Shown here: positions 1 through 11,260 of the stretch, piece by piece
Position numbering within the stretch: the stretch's first letter is position 1
Layout of the letters: each line of letters starts with the position of its first letter
NCBI GenBank assembly: GCA_030390025.1
Contig: CM059433.1
Location: 9,364,001 to 9,428,000, forward strand
Direction: 5' to 3'
Origin: Squalus acanthias
Taxonomy: Eukaryota
Length of the DNA stretch: 64,000 nucleotides
Notes under the pieces: generated by a model
Databases searched by the model: none
Seen by the model: only the letters and a program-made list of their open reading frames with translations
Told to the model about the DNA's origin: nothing
Program-made: the position numbers and the translations under genes

Positions 1-900
1 TAGGATTATTTGCATTTAAAGTGCCTGTAACAATGGTTTCCATTGGAGGCCTGCGCCTGCATCAGAAGCATCAGACTGGAGTTAATCGGGGTTCCACAGC
101 CCCGCTTTCGCACCCTGGCATCTCCTACCCAAACCCCCCCCCCCCCCCTCCCCCCCGCTCGTCCCCTAGGGCCTTGCAGCGGTGTAATCTCTGATTAACA
201 GTGAGCTATGCCAGGGGCGAGCTGCTGATTGTTTCTTCATAAACAAATTTCTCTGTAAAATATTCTTCTCATAGGTGATGGCTATGGAAATTTAGGAAGT
301 GTATGAAAAGTAATTTTAAAAGTGTTCCATTTTTTTCGACAACTGCAATATCTGTCGGGAGATATTTCCAGCAACACCTCCCAGTTAATTTAGAGTCATA
401 GGGGGGAAAATGTGGTTGCTTTGCGCCTCCCGTTTGCGCCCTAAGAGGGCGCTAATGGGGCGCAAAGCAACTAGCACCCGGGCCCGGCGATGTTGGCGCC
501 GCTCGCGAAATTGACCAGAGTTTTTGTGGCGGCGCTAAACTGTACCGCCATGATCTCCTGTGCCCGCAGATCATGACGTCAGTCGAGCGTGCAACGCCGC
601 GGTGGCGCCCCGGACCGGATATTGAGTGGTGCCCCCTTCCTTTCCACCTGCCGCAAGCAATGACAGGGAGAGTGGAACGTTTTGCAGTCAGGAAGGGGCT
701 GGGGGAGCGCTATTTAAAGGCGCTCTCTTCCTGCCTTTTTTTGTGGGAGACATTTTTGCACCACTCATTCTGAGAGAGAGAGAGAGAGAGAGAGTGTGTT
801 CTGGAGAGAGTCAACGCTGTGTGAAGTAGGTTTGGCTACTGAGCAGCACTTTGCAGGTTCTTTTGGATTTGACCTTCATTACTTCGATTGTCAAGAGACT

Positions 901-2056
901 ATGGGGGCTGCACTGATTTGGGGCGTCGTCCTGCACCTGCAGAATAAGAGGCAGCAGAGACGCAGAGAGAGAGTGGCAATCATGGCCAGAGGGAGGAGGG
1001 CCAACAGGCCTCTGTACAGGAGACCTTACCCTCCCAGGGTATTCCGGGAATAATTCTCCTACATTCATTTGTCTGAGGTGCAGTGTTTGCGCAGGCTGCG
1101 CTTCAGCAAGGAGGTGGTCATTGAGCTCTGCCACCTGCTGCAACCAGATCTGCAGCCTCAACTGAGGACCAGGACATCTCTGTCAGTGGCAGTGAAGGTC
1201 ACAGTGGCTCTGAATTTTTATGCCACCGGCTCCTTTCAAGCAGCTACTGGGGACATCGCCAATATCTCCCAGTTCGCGGTCCATTGCTGTATCCGGGAGG
1301 TGACAAATGCCCTCTATAAAAGGAGATGCCAGTACATCTCTTTCCCGATGACCCGGGCCAAACAGCATGAACACGTTTTGCGAGGATAGCAGGCTTCCCC
1401 ATGGTGCAGGGCGCCATTGACTGCACGCATGTGACATTGCGGGCACCGCATGAGAATGCAGAGGTTTTCCGAAACTGCAAGGGGTTCCACTCCTTAAACG
1501 TCCAGTTGGTCTGTGACCACAGACAGCTGATACTCGCTGTCAATGCCCGCTATCCTGGCAGCAGCCACGATGCTTTCATTCTGCGCCAGACTGGTGTGCC
1601 AGACCTTTTCCAGGCACCGCATCAGCCAAGTGGTTGGCTCCTCGGGGACAAGGGTTATCCACTGTGCACCTGGCTGATGACACCGCTCTGTAACCCCAAC
1701 ACCCCTGCCGAGTAGCGGTACAATGAGAGCCATCTCGCCACAGGAACATAATTGAGCAGACGATCGGCGTGCTCAAGCAACGGTTCCGCTGTCTGGACCA
1801 CTCAGGAGGAGCCCTGCAGTACTCTCCTGAGCAAGTTTCCCTCTTCATAGTTGTTTGCTGCATTCTTCATAACCTTGCAATCCTCAGGACCCAGCCAATG
1901 CCACCAGGTCTTGGTGCACCACCGGAGGAGGAGGAGGAGGAGGAGGAGGAGGAAGAGGAGGAGGATGATCAGCAGCAGCACCAAGGCGGGAGGGAGGCCC
2001 ACAATGTTGAAACTGCAAGGGCCGTCCGTCAACGGCTGATAACAAGCTGCTTCTAG
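901..2056 (+). pseudogene. Harbinger transposase (HARBI1-like DDE nuclease), disrupted
   Basis: Consecutive ORF pieces give GAIDCTHV, NCKGFHSLNVQLVCD, YPGSSHDAFIL, LLGDKGYP, IEQTIGVLKQRFRCLD, CCILHN and an acidic (GAG)n tail. Stops at 1051-1053 (TAA) and 1713-1715 (TAG); frameshifts near 1375 and 1740. Confidence 0.95.
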
Positions 2057-3515
2057 GCCTCTACTCAGGAAATGGCTTCTGGCATGGAGAACAACATGAT
2101 GGAAAGCAACCCGCAACCCTTATAGCCGGCCAAGGCAGCAATGATTAAAAGGCCAAACATGTACATCTTGAATACAAACTCTGTATGTGTCATTTATTCA
2201 TGACAAACTAATAGAAACAAACACAACAAATCATTAATTAACATAACTGGTTCTCACAAGCTGGAGATAATGACCAAAACACTAAACAAAAGTTATCAGA
2301 CGAACCTCGGCCTTTAATAAAAACATTCCCAACATTTCTTGAGACCGCTTACTTTTTGCCCTTCGAGGGTGATCTCCATCCTTTGCGCACTTCCCCCCCT
2401 TCCCACCCTACTGCTCCTCTGTAATGGGACCCCAGTGGCTGCAGCAAGGCTGGTGGAAGGCTGCTGAATGTCAGATGCTGAGACTACAGATGCCCTTGAA
2501 GGACGGTCTCGACCAGCTCTGGGCCTGGAGGGCCTGGCTGCAGACTGCACCAACTCTGCATTGGCAGCAACAGTCTGGGCTACAGGCGGTGGCAAGTGCA
2601 ATGGGGAAGTGACAGTGGTGGGAACAGGAATGCTGTCATCCTGACAGAGGACAGCACCTCCCTGCTCGACCGACACACTGGCACTCCCACAGGGCAGCAC
2701 CTCAGCATCCGGAGCAATCTGCTCGAGCACAGATTGCTGGCCTGCTGCGGCGCGGTGAGAGCCCCGGGGCAATGTGGTCGAACCAGCGACGATGGCAGCA
2801 GTCAGTGCTTGCGTGGCCTCAATCTGAGACTGCATGAGAGCAGTCTGAGATTGGATCACGGCAGCCAGTGACTGAATTGCAGCACTAAGCAGTTGCGTTG
2901 CGTCCGCCTGTGCTACAGCGAAGTGCTCCACACTCCTTGCCAGTGCATCAATGCTTTCGGGCACCCTTCTCACTGCACCCATGAGCTCAGTGTGCATGTC
3001 CACAGCCTGGGTGTTCATTTCAGCGATGAGCCGCTCCTCCTCTGCATCCAGTGCAGCAGGACTCGCTGGCATACTCTCCCTCCGGGGAGAAGGCCCCCGA
3101 GCTTCCCTACCCCCATCGCGTTGCTGCAGCCCGCTGGTAACTGGAGCTTTACCCTCATCAGACCCTTCCCTCCTGCTCCCCTCCAGGGAAGACGTGGTCT
3201 CAGTGTGGGCATGGGCTTCCTCGGGAGAGGGTGGCGCTGAGGCTCCGGCTTCCTCTTCCTCCTCGCCTGCGGCGTCGCTCCCACTGGCTGCTTGAGGTGA
3301 TTCACCATCTGAAAGCAGGGAGGCACAAGAGTGGCTTTAGCATCAGGACAGGGGGGGCAGTAAGGGAGCAAGGACTGGAGCGATTTAGTAAGTTGGATTG
3401 AAAGTGTAAAAGGCTGGTGTTGTGAGGGGCAAGTGGAATGAGAGAGGAGAGAAAGCTGATGACCTTACCATTGCTGTCCTGAAGGGGGTCAACCTCTCCA
3501 GCAGTGACGGGACCT

Positions 3516-4641
3516 TGAAGGGATAATTACTAGTCCTAGCCCCTTTAGGGCTACCTCAGATCAGGCGTATTCCCCAGACGTTCACTTTCAACTAAAGTTT
3601 GAGGTAGCCGAATCCTAAAGATGCTTAATTGGGTCTAAAGGTCCGGACTATCTCTCCCTAAAGGAAAGGAACAACCTGAAAATGTTACCGTCCTCCAGAT
3701 AGCACTTTTAATAAGTTTAGCTAGACTGATATTATGAGGGTCCGGAAAACTCCCCCAGAATTCTGCAACTCCTCACCAAAGAGTGTACAGAGATTGAGTT
3801 TGCGAGTTTGGTACAGAAGTCTTATGTGAGATAATTCTAAAAATATATAGATTTATTAAAGAAATAACATGTAATTTACAGTTGGTGAGTCAATCACAAC
3901 ATTAACAGTTCCCAAAAGAGAAAGCTTTACAATCTTATTATCAGAGATCCTTACTCTCAAATCTTAACTTTGCTACAGTTTTACTGTTCTTAGTTTTATT
4001 CAGGATATCCACCAAAATCAAATACAGTACCTTTGATCCCCGAGGTACAAAGAGTTGTAGACCTACAGAGCCTGCCTCTGAAGCTGAGAATCACTTTGCC
4101 CCTTTACAGCGAATCTACTATCCCATTTGAGAGTTCAATATTTATACCCTTTTCTAGTGGTATTTCCTTTAAGGTTTTCTGCTGATGTAAGCTAATTATC
4201 TCTAGTCATTTTTCTGCTGACTTCTGCAATTCTTAGTCGTCTCAGCTGGTAGCATTACAGAATCGTGTCTCTCCTCTAGGTGTTTTAAGTTTACCATAAA
4301 AGACGGTGTAACAGCAGGTGCGTTTTTTACTTGATGTCATTTTTACGAAGGCAGATGTTTGTGCTTCTTTACGAAGTGTGAATTAGAACACCTTAACCAG
4401 GGTGAACTATTGTCTTGTTCCCAAAGGTTCAGACTGTCAGGAGCCTTTAACCTTCTGTTTCAATAAGGTTATTGATTCAGTGTCAACAACTATCTTATCT
4501 CTATAGCCAGAATGCTACCACAGCTTTTCATAATTAGGTTTCTAGATTTCCAAACCCAGTTTGTCATGTTTTAATAAGGCCAGAATTCTTTCATCGAATG
4601 GTGTATTTTTCTGAATAGGTTTTATGGCTTATTCCTTCACA
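3516..4641 (-). mobile_element. Solo LTR, probably endogenous retrovirus (1126 bp)
   Basis: On - strand starts TGTGAAGGAATAA and ends TTATCCCTTCA (TG..CA, short inverted ends); perfect 4-bp TSD ACCT (3512-3515, 4642-4645); TATAAAT near 4140-4146 and AATAAA near 3852-3857 on -; removing it restores the Myb exon frame. Confidence 0.85.
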
Positions 4642-4792
4642 ACCTATCACCTGGCTTGCGACGATCCTGTGGACGCACGCCTCCAGATCACTGAGGGTCT
4701 GCAGCTGAGGCAGCCCTCCACCTGTCCGTTGCTGCTGCCGCCTGTTGTGAGAGAGCTTGGCCTGCAAGAAAAAGGACAGCGTCTGAGTAAAT

Positions 4793-4959
4793 ATGCAGCT
4801 ATGTGCTTGCCTGATGTGCCTCCCATAGTTGAATAGCCCTTAATGTATGCAGCCATGTGCTTGCCTGATGTGCCTCCCATAGTTGAATAGCCCTTATTGT
4901 ATGCAGCCATGTGCTTGCCTGATGTGCCTCCCATAGTTGAACAGCCCTTAATGTATGCA
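4793..4959. repeat. 54-bp minisatellite, 3 copies, in intron 1 of the Harbinger Myb gene
   Basis: Unit ATGCAGCCATGTGCTTGCCTGATGTGCCTCCCATAGTTGAATAGCCCTTAATGT starts at 4793, 4847 and 4901. Confidence 0.95.
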
Positions 4960-5705
4960 AGGCATGGAATGTGCGTGTGTGTTTTATGAGATGGCCTTAG
5001 GTCTTGGACGAGTGTTGGGCATTGGGGCTTTTACACCCTCTGGCCATAGTGAGGTTGAGATGGAGGGATGGAGAGGTATTGAAAAGCAGCCACTCACCCT
5101 GACCACCTGAGTGAGGTCGTTGAACTTTTTGCGACATTGTGTATGGGGCCTGGGCACCATGCTCCTGGAGGAGACGTGCTGAGCTACCTCCCTCCACACT
5201 CTTCTATAGTCGCGGGGCAATGGCCTCCTGCCACTCTCTGGGTACAGTATTGCTCTTCGTCGCTCCACCAAGGCCCGGTCGCTGAAGCGCTGAGCTCGTT
5301 CTCTGGCCCTCTCCATAGTCCTTTGCAGCAGAATTGATGTACAGGTCTCTCCAGGCCGAGATTCAAGTCTGCAATGAGCACGGTGTGGATGGAGAGCAAG
5401 ATCGACCCTCCCCTTTAAGAACTGTCCGGCGCCAGTGTGTCTGTGTTCCATTGCTGACTGACATCACATGAGCTTCGCCCACGCTCTGAGTTAGTGCCTC
5501 ATTCCTCGGCCTTTGCGCATTAAGACAGTTGGGTAGCGCCTGATTTAGCACTCCAATCACCTCCAGGGGCGATAGAAGCCAAGTTTGCAGTCAGAGGTTA
5601 TAATTTGCGCCAGGCGCTAAACTTTGTGCCTGGCCGATAATTGCGCCCCAAACGGGGCGAAACCGAATTTCTCCCCGAAAGAGTCATATAGAGTCAAAGA
5701 GTCAT

Positions 5706-6367
5706 GGGGGAAAAATTCGGTTGCTTTGCGCCTCCCTGAGCGGGCGCTAATGGGATGCAAAGCAACTAGCACCCGGGCGCGACGCTGCCAACGCCTTCCG
5801 CGAAATTCAGCGGGAGGTTAGCGGCGGCGTTAACCGTTAGCGCCCCGCAGCGCTGTGCCGCCAGCGATGATGTCATCGCCATGCGCAGTGCCCCGCTTGC
5901 GCCCTGGCCGCGATCTTCGGTAGCGCCCCCTGACTTACTGCCAGATGCTATGTCCGATGGGGTCAGGGGGGCCTACCTGCGGCCGGGGCGGCGCTATTTA
6001 AAGGCGAAGTGCCGGGCGGCCATTTTTCTTGCTGGCCACTTGCCAGCACCTGCCTCCGCTCCTGTCCCCGGCCTCCTTACCCGCCCCCCCGCAGAGTGCC
6101 ATCTGCACTCCATGAGCCCGGCACTTCTCTTGAGCGCCGGGCTCTTTTGCCGGCACTCCGATCCCCGGGGGCCCAGCTGGGTCCCGGGTCACGCTGCGCA
6201 AGGCCCCTCCCCTTTAAGAAGGGGAGGAAGGCCTGCAATACCGCGGCACATCACGCCGCGATATTCCCTCGCAGCGCCCCAAGAGGGAGGCAGGGCGCTT
6301 CCAGTAGCTAAAGGTAGTGCCCCAGCGAAGTTAGCGCCCCAAAGGGGGCGCGACTCAAATTTTCGTC
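5706..6367. mobile_element. Harbinger-type GC-rich MITE (family A)
   Basis: Starts GGGGGAAAAATTCGGTTGC like the large element; ends CGACTCAAATTTTCGTC; TSD CAT (5703-5705, 6368-6370). Confidence 0.85.
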
Positions 6368-6378
6368 CATAGAGTCGT

Positions 6379-7198
6379 TGGGCACGATCTTGCCAGCCCT
6401 GTGGAGGCGGGTTTGGAGGTGGGACTGCCGGGAAAATGGCAGAACTTGGGGGCGAATGCCCAACCCACCCCCAACCCGCCTCCATGCCATCTTGCCAGGA
6501 GGCGGGTAGCCATCCCGCGCCGGGTCCCGTCTCCTTGGAGGCGGGAAGGGATTACAGCCACTTAACTGCCTGTTAACAGGTAGTTAACAGGCAGAAAATA
6601 GGATTATCCCCATTTTGCCCACACAAGTGCAGGCTTCCCGAAGGCTTCGAACCCCGCCAGGGTCACCGAGGCGAGGAGTGGGTCTGCGAGGGTTGGAGGG
6701 GTGGAAAAGTGCGCTGTGAAGGTAAGCGATGGGTGCAAGTGTGGAGAGGTGAGTATCTGAGGTAAGTGGAAAGTGTTAGAAAAAGTTTACTTACCTTTGT
6801 TTCTTCCTGCAGGCTTCAAGCGTTGGGTATGCGGAGAGTCTCGCACCTCCGCGACAGAGATGACAGATGGCCGTTGCATTCTCCAATGCAACAACCATCT
6901 CATTTCTGAAAAAGAAAGAGGTTTGATGAGGTCTTGAATTCAAGACCTCATCAAACTACAGAGAATGTCAGTGTTTGACAGCATCACAGAGCAAAAAATT
7001 TTGACAGATGAAACGTCATACGCTGACGTTCTCTGCAACTGGCTTTCCCTTAATTGGCCTGCTAAGCCCGCTGGGCGGGCTTAACAATGTCAATCAAGGG
7101 AAAATAGCGTGGGTTGGCCACAAGTCGATGGAGGCGGGACTAATACCCGACAAGTGGGAGTCCTGCCTCCAAAAGCTCCCTATTGGCAAAATCACCCC
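6379..7198. mobile_element. Harbinger-type MITE (family B)
   Basis: Ends GGGCACGATCTTGCCA and TGGCAAAATCACCCC; flanks CGT/CAT; interior shared with 48398-48871. Confidence 0.75.
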
Positions 7199-7955
7199 CA
7201 TAGAGTCATAACGGCACAGAAGGAGGCCATTCGGCCCATCGAGTCCGTGCCAGCTCTCTGTAGAGCAATCCAGTCAGTCCCATTCCCCCGCTCTATCCCC
7301 GTAGTCCTGCAAGTTTATTTCCCTCAAGTGCCTATCCAGTCTCCCCTTGAAAACATTGAGTGTCTCCGCTTCCACCACTTCCGTTGGCAGCGAGTTCCAG
7401 GTCCTCCCCACTCGCTGCGTAAAAAAGTTTTTCCTCACATCCCCCCCCACCGCATCTCTTGCCCAAAACCTTAAATCTGTGTCCCCTAGTCCTTGTACCA
7501 TCAACTAGTAGGAACAGCCTTTCCCCGTCTAGCCTATCCAAGCCCGTCATAATCTTGTACACCTCTTATCAAATCAACCTCCTTTGCTCTAATGAAAACA
7601 AATCCAGCTTCTCCAACCTGTCCTTCTAGCTAAGATCCCCCATCCCTGGAACCAGTCTGGTAAATCTCCTCTGCACCCTCTCAAGGGCCTTCACATCCTT
7701 CCTAAAGGGTGGTGACCAGAACTGGACGCAATACTCCAGTTGTGGCCGAACCAGCACTTTATCAAGGTTCAGCATAACTTCTCTACTTTTGTACTCAATA
7801 CCTCTATTTATGAAGCCCTATGCTTTGTTAACCACTCTCTCAATATGTTCTGCCACCTTCAGGGACCTGTGCACAATAACTCCCAGGTCCCTCTGTCCCT
7901 GCACACTCTTTAAAACTGTGCCATTAAGTGTATATTGCCTCTCCCTGTTCCTTCT
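7199..7955 (-). mobile_element. CR1 LINE 3' fragment with (TAGAGTCA)n tail
   Basis: ORF pieces [19 protein letters not shown] and [16 protein letters not shown]1 3' motif AGGCCATTCGGCCC next to the 8-bp repeat tail. Confidence 0.9.
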
Positions 7956-8165
7956 TTTAATTCATCCCTCAATTTTTTGAACTGCCCCTGTATTAAAGTC
8001 ATGTGCTTCTGTCCTGGCCATTATTGATGCATATTGCCTGTTAATCTTAAATTTAATCAAATTGTGGTCTCGAATCCCCAAAGGCTCCACTACATGTAGA
8101 TTATGAATGTAATCACTCCTAAAATAGGTCTAAATGGGAATTACACATGGCTCCATAACTGGGCT

Positions 8166-8528
8166 TAGAAACATAGAAAAATAGGAGCAGGAGTAGGCCA
8201 TTCGGCCCTTCGAGCCTGCTCCACCATTCAATATGATCATGGCTGATCCTTTATCTCAATACCATATTCCCGCTCTCTCCCCATACCCCTTGTTGCCTTT
8301 TGTGTCTAGAAATCTATCTATCTCCTTCTTAAATATATTCAATGACTTGGCCTCCACAGCCTTCTGTGGTAGAGAATTCCACAGGTTCACCGCCCTCTGA
8401 GTGAAGAAATTTCTCCTCATCTCAGTCCTAAATGTCCTACCCCCATATCCTGAGACTGTGACCCCTCGTTCTAGACCCCCCAGCCAGGGGAAACATCCTC
8501 CCTGCATCCAGTCTCTCTAGCCCTGTCA
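8166..8528 (-). mobile_element. CR1 LINE 3' fragment
   Basis: FRTEMRRNFFTQRAVNLWNSLPQKAVEA; tail TAGAAACATAGAAA. Confidence 0.92.
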
Positions 8529-9151
8529 AAAAAGCAAAAAGCAAAAAGCAATCCAATAGCAAGACATCATTTGTTCATCCAGCGACATAGTTAAGTTAAA
8601 ATAATTCAGTGAATCAAATTCCTGTCCTTGCTAAAATGAGCAAATAAAAAGACATACGATCAATCTACTTTTTCATTAAAATGATCCAGCACAAACTTTA
8701 CCCCCTCCTCCCCCAGTGTGTGTCATGATGGAGAGAGGGAAACATTTTATTGCTATTCAACTGTTGCTAAGATATATTGCGCCTAGTTGTTTGTTTTAGG
8801 GTTATCTTGTAAACACTGGACAATTAATGAACCTTTGTCTGTTTTTTTAGACTTGCTCAATAGTCCAAAGAGTAACTGATATCTAGTACAGTGTTGCACA
8901 ATTGTAATCCCTGGGAAAAGGATGATTAATGCAGTGATAGTGTTCTAACCTTTTACGCTGAAAGATGGTAGCAAAACTTGACCTGTACAAGTAATGAACA
9001 GAATCATATCAATCTCTAAACTCGAGAACTGAAATGACTGAAAATCTGGCTTTTGGAACTCATTTTCAGCCAGCCAGAGGCTGTTTTTATGATATGGACC
9101 ACTTCCAAAATGAATGGCAGAACCCAGAATGTATAATTTTACACTTTAATT

Positions 9152-9460
9152 AAGGTGATCTCATTGAAACATATAAAATTCTTAAGGGGCTTGACAGGGT
9201 AGATGCTGGGAGGACGTTTCCTCTGGCTGGGCAGTCTAGAACTAGGGGCCACAGTCTCAGAGTAAGGGGTCGGCCATTTAAGATTGAGATGAGGAGATTC
9301 ACTCAAAGGGTTGTGAATCTTTGGAATTCTCTACCTCAGAGAGCTGTGGATGTTCAGTCGTTGAGTATATTCAAGACTGAGATTGATAGATTTTTGGATA
9401 TGAAGGGAATCAAGGGATATGGGGATAGTGCGGGAAGGCGGAGTTGAGGCAAAAGATCAG
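9152..9460 (+). mobile_element. CR1 LINE fragment
   Basis: Matches other CR1 3' ORF2 copies in the window (GGTGATCTCATTGAAACATATAAAATT..., GTGAATCTTTGGAATTCTCTACC). Confidence 0.88.
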
Positions 9461-10800
9461 TCGGGAGGGCCAGCAATCGGTGGGGGCTCGGGAATCGGGG
9501 GAGAGAGGGAAACTGGGGGATGGAGAAGATGGGATTGTGGGTCGGGAATAGGAAGAGAAGGAGAATAGGGTTTAACGGTTGGGGAGGCGGACTGGGGGTC
9601 AGCAGATGGGGGTCCGGGACAGAAGAAGACTGGGGGTTCCGGGGGGAGAGAGGGAAACTTGGGGATGGGGGCTTGGGTGAGATTGGAGATGGGGGTTATG
9701 GGAAGAGAGGTAGACTGGGGATGGGGAGAGCGGGAGACTGGGGGATGGGGAGTGATTGAGACTGGGGAATGGGAGTGAGGGAGACTGGGGAGACAGGGGG
9801 ATTGGGGCTTGAGTAGAGGGAATGAATGGGGTGGGCGAGTGGACCAGTATTTTCTGCAGATCCGGGAGCAGCAACAGGAGAAATGTGGTGAGTGGGAGTG
9901 GGAGTGACACCAAGAGAGAGGAGCAGCCAGTAAAGAGGTGAATGAAACCTGGGGACCTTACTGTGGGTAAATAGTGAAAGATTGTTTCCACTGGTGGGCA
10001 AATAAGGAATAAGGAGGCGGGATCAGGATTGTCACTGGAAGGACCAAGGAGGAAGGGGGGAGGGAAGGTTCTTGAACCATGGGATGCGTCACCATAAGTG
10101 GCTGTTGAGATAGAGACCAGAACGTCATTTAAAAGGGAATGGGATAAATACTGGAAAGGAGGAATATAAAAGGATCTGCGGGTTACAGGAGAGACCACCA
10201 GCACCGGCACCAGGGACTGAGTGGCTCCTGCTGAAGTTGTCAGGAGGCAGTAGGAGCATAGTGGAGTGATGGCCTGCTGAACAGAGGCAGTGCTGGTACA
10301 GCATTGGAAGAGCAGGAGGTGTTTTTTTTGATGTAGTACCTGTTAATGGCAGTGAGGGTTCTGATTTTATAACTTATATATGCAGTTGTTGCATGGGCAT
10401 GCGAGGCATTCTCTGTACACGAATAGTTAACTGAATAATCCAACCCAATGACTGCTGCTTGTCAGGAAGGCTGGCGGTAGGTGCTGAGAGGGGGCAGTGC
10501 TGAGATCACAGTCACATTGAAGTTAGCGCTCCCTTGCTTTCACCAGTGATATCGCACCCACAGCACCAAGTTTCTCTGGTGCAATAAAACGATTGAACAG
10601 CAGAGAGCGGTAACAACACCCGCATGTTGGAACAGCCGTGCATCGAACTCTCAATTCACCAAATGTATCTCAATCAGTTTTGAAATGTGCAAGAAGAATC
10701 TTACATGACGAGCGACGTGTTGATTCTGCACATATTGTCCCTAAATCGAAGCAAAAGAGAGCTTTAATCCTAGAGTTGGATGAATGCATATTTTTCTAAA

Positions 10801-11260
10801 AAAGAAAGACTTGCATTTATATAGCGCCTTTCACGACCACCGGACGTCTCAAAGCTCTTTACAGCCAATTAATTACCTTTGAAGTGTAGTCACTGTTGTA
10901 ATGTGGGAAACGGGGCAGCCAATTTGCGCACAGCAAGCTCCCAGAAATAGCAACGTGATAATGACCAGATAATCTGTTTTTTGTTATGTTGGTTGAGGGA
11001 TAAATATTGGCCAGGACACGGGGGATAACTCCCCCGCTCTTCTTCGAAATAGTGCCATGGGATCTTTTACGTCCACCTGAGAGGGCAGGCGGGGCCTCGG
11101 TTTAACATCGCATCTGAAAGATGGCACCTCCGACAGTGCGGCACTCCCTCAGCACCGCACTGGAGTGTCAGCCTAGCTTTATGTGCTCAAGTCCTGGGAG
11201 TGGGGACTTAAACCCACAACCTTCTGACTCAGAGGCGAGTGTGCTACCCACTGAGCCACA
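10801..11260 (-). mobile_element. tRNA-derived SINE with Deu-like core and L2-type tail (SacSINE1/DeuSINE-like)
   Basis: On -: A box TGGCTCAGTGG, B box GGTTTAAGTCC, core GTTAAACCGAGGCCCC...CAGGTGGACGTAAAAGATCCCATGGCACTATTTCGAAGAAGAG, tail GGCGCTATATAAATGCAAGTCTTTCTTT. Family name from memory. Confidence 0.8.

Larger units (their letters stand above)
2314..5316 (-). pseudogene. Harbinger Myb/SANT-like DNA-binding protein, 3 exons, exon 2 interrupted by an LTR
   Basis: Exon 1 5316-5098 (MERARERAQRFSD...WREVAQHV...QCRKKFNDL, donor GTGAGT); exon 2 4761-4642 plus 3511-3469 (AKLSHNRRQQQRTGGG...GPVTAGEVDPLQDSN, donor GTAAG); exon 3 from 3308 runs in frame into ORF 2314..3072. Splice phases 0 and 1 are consistent. 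Confidence 0.88.
401..5677 (+). mobile_element. Full-length, decayed PIF/Harbinger DNA transposon (transposase plus convergent Myb/SANT gene)
   Basis: Ends GGGGGGAAAATGTGGTTGC (401) and GCGAAACCGAATTTCTCCCCG (5677) are imperfect TIRs; flanks ATA/AAA fit an imperfect 3-bp TSD; contains a HARBI1-like DDE ORF on + and a spliced Myb-like ORF on -. Confidence 0.93.

Noticed and set aside
901..2056. Domesticated host HARBI1 gene
   Set aside because: Has stops and frameshifts and lies within TIRs next to a Myb partner, so it is a transposon copy.
4793..4959. Direct repeats as a CRISPR array
   Set aside because: Head-to-tail units without unique spacers, eukaryotic context, no cas genes.
9025..9045. 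ISRE upstream of viperin (AGAACTGAAATGACTGAAA)
   Set aside because: Does not match GAAANNGAAA and no first exon is nearby.
9478..10210. ORFs 9520-10210 and G-quadruplex-like tract
   Set aside because: Low-complexity purine-rich sequence; the ORFs are compositional artefacts.
11195..11260. tRNA gene
   Set aside because: A/B boxes belong to a SINE head continuous with core and tail; the same holds at 30690, 31985 and 55710.
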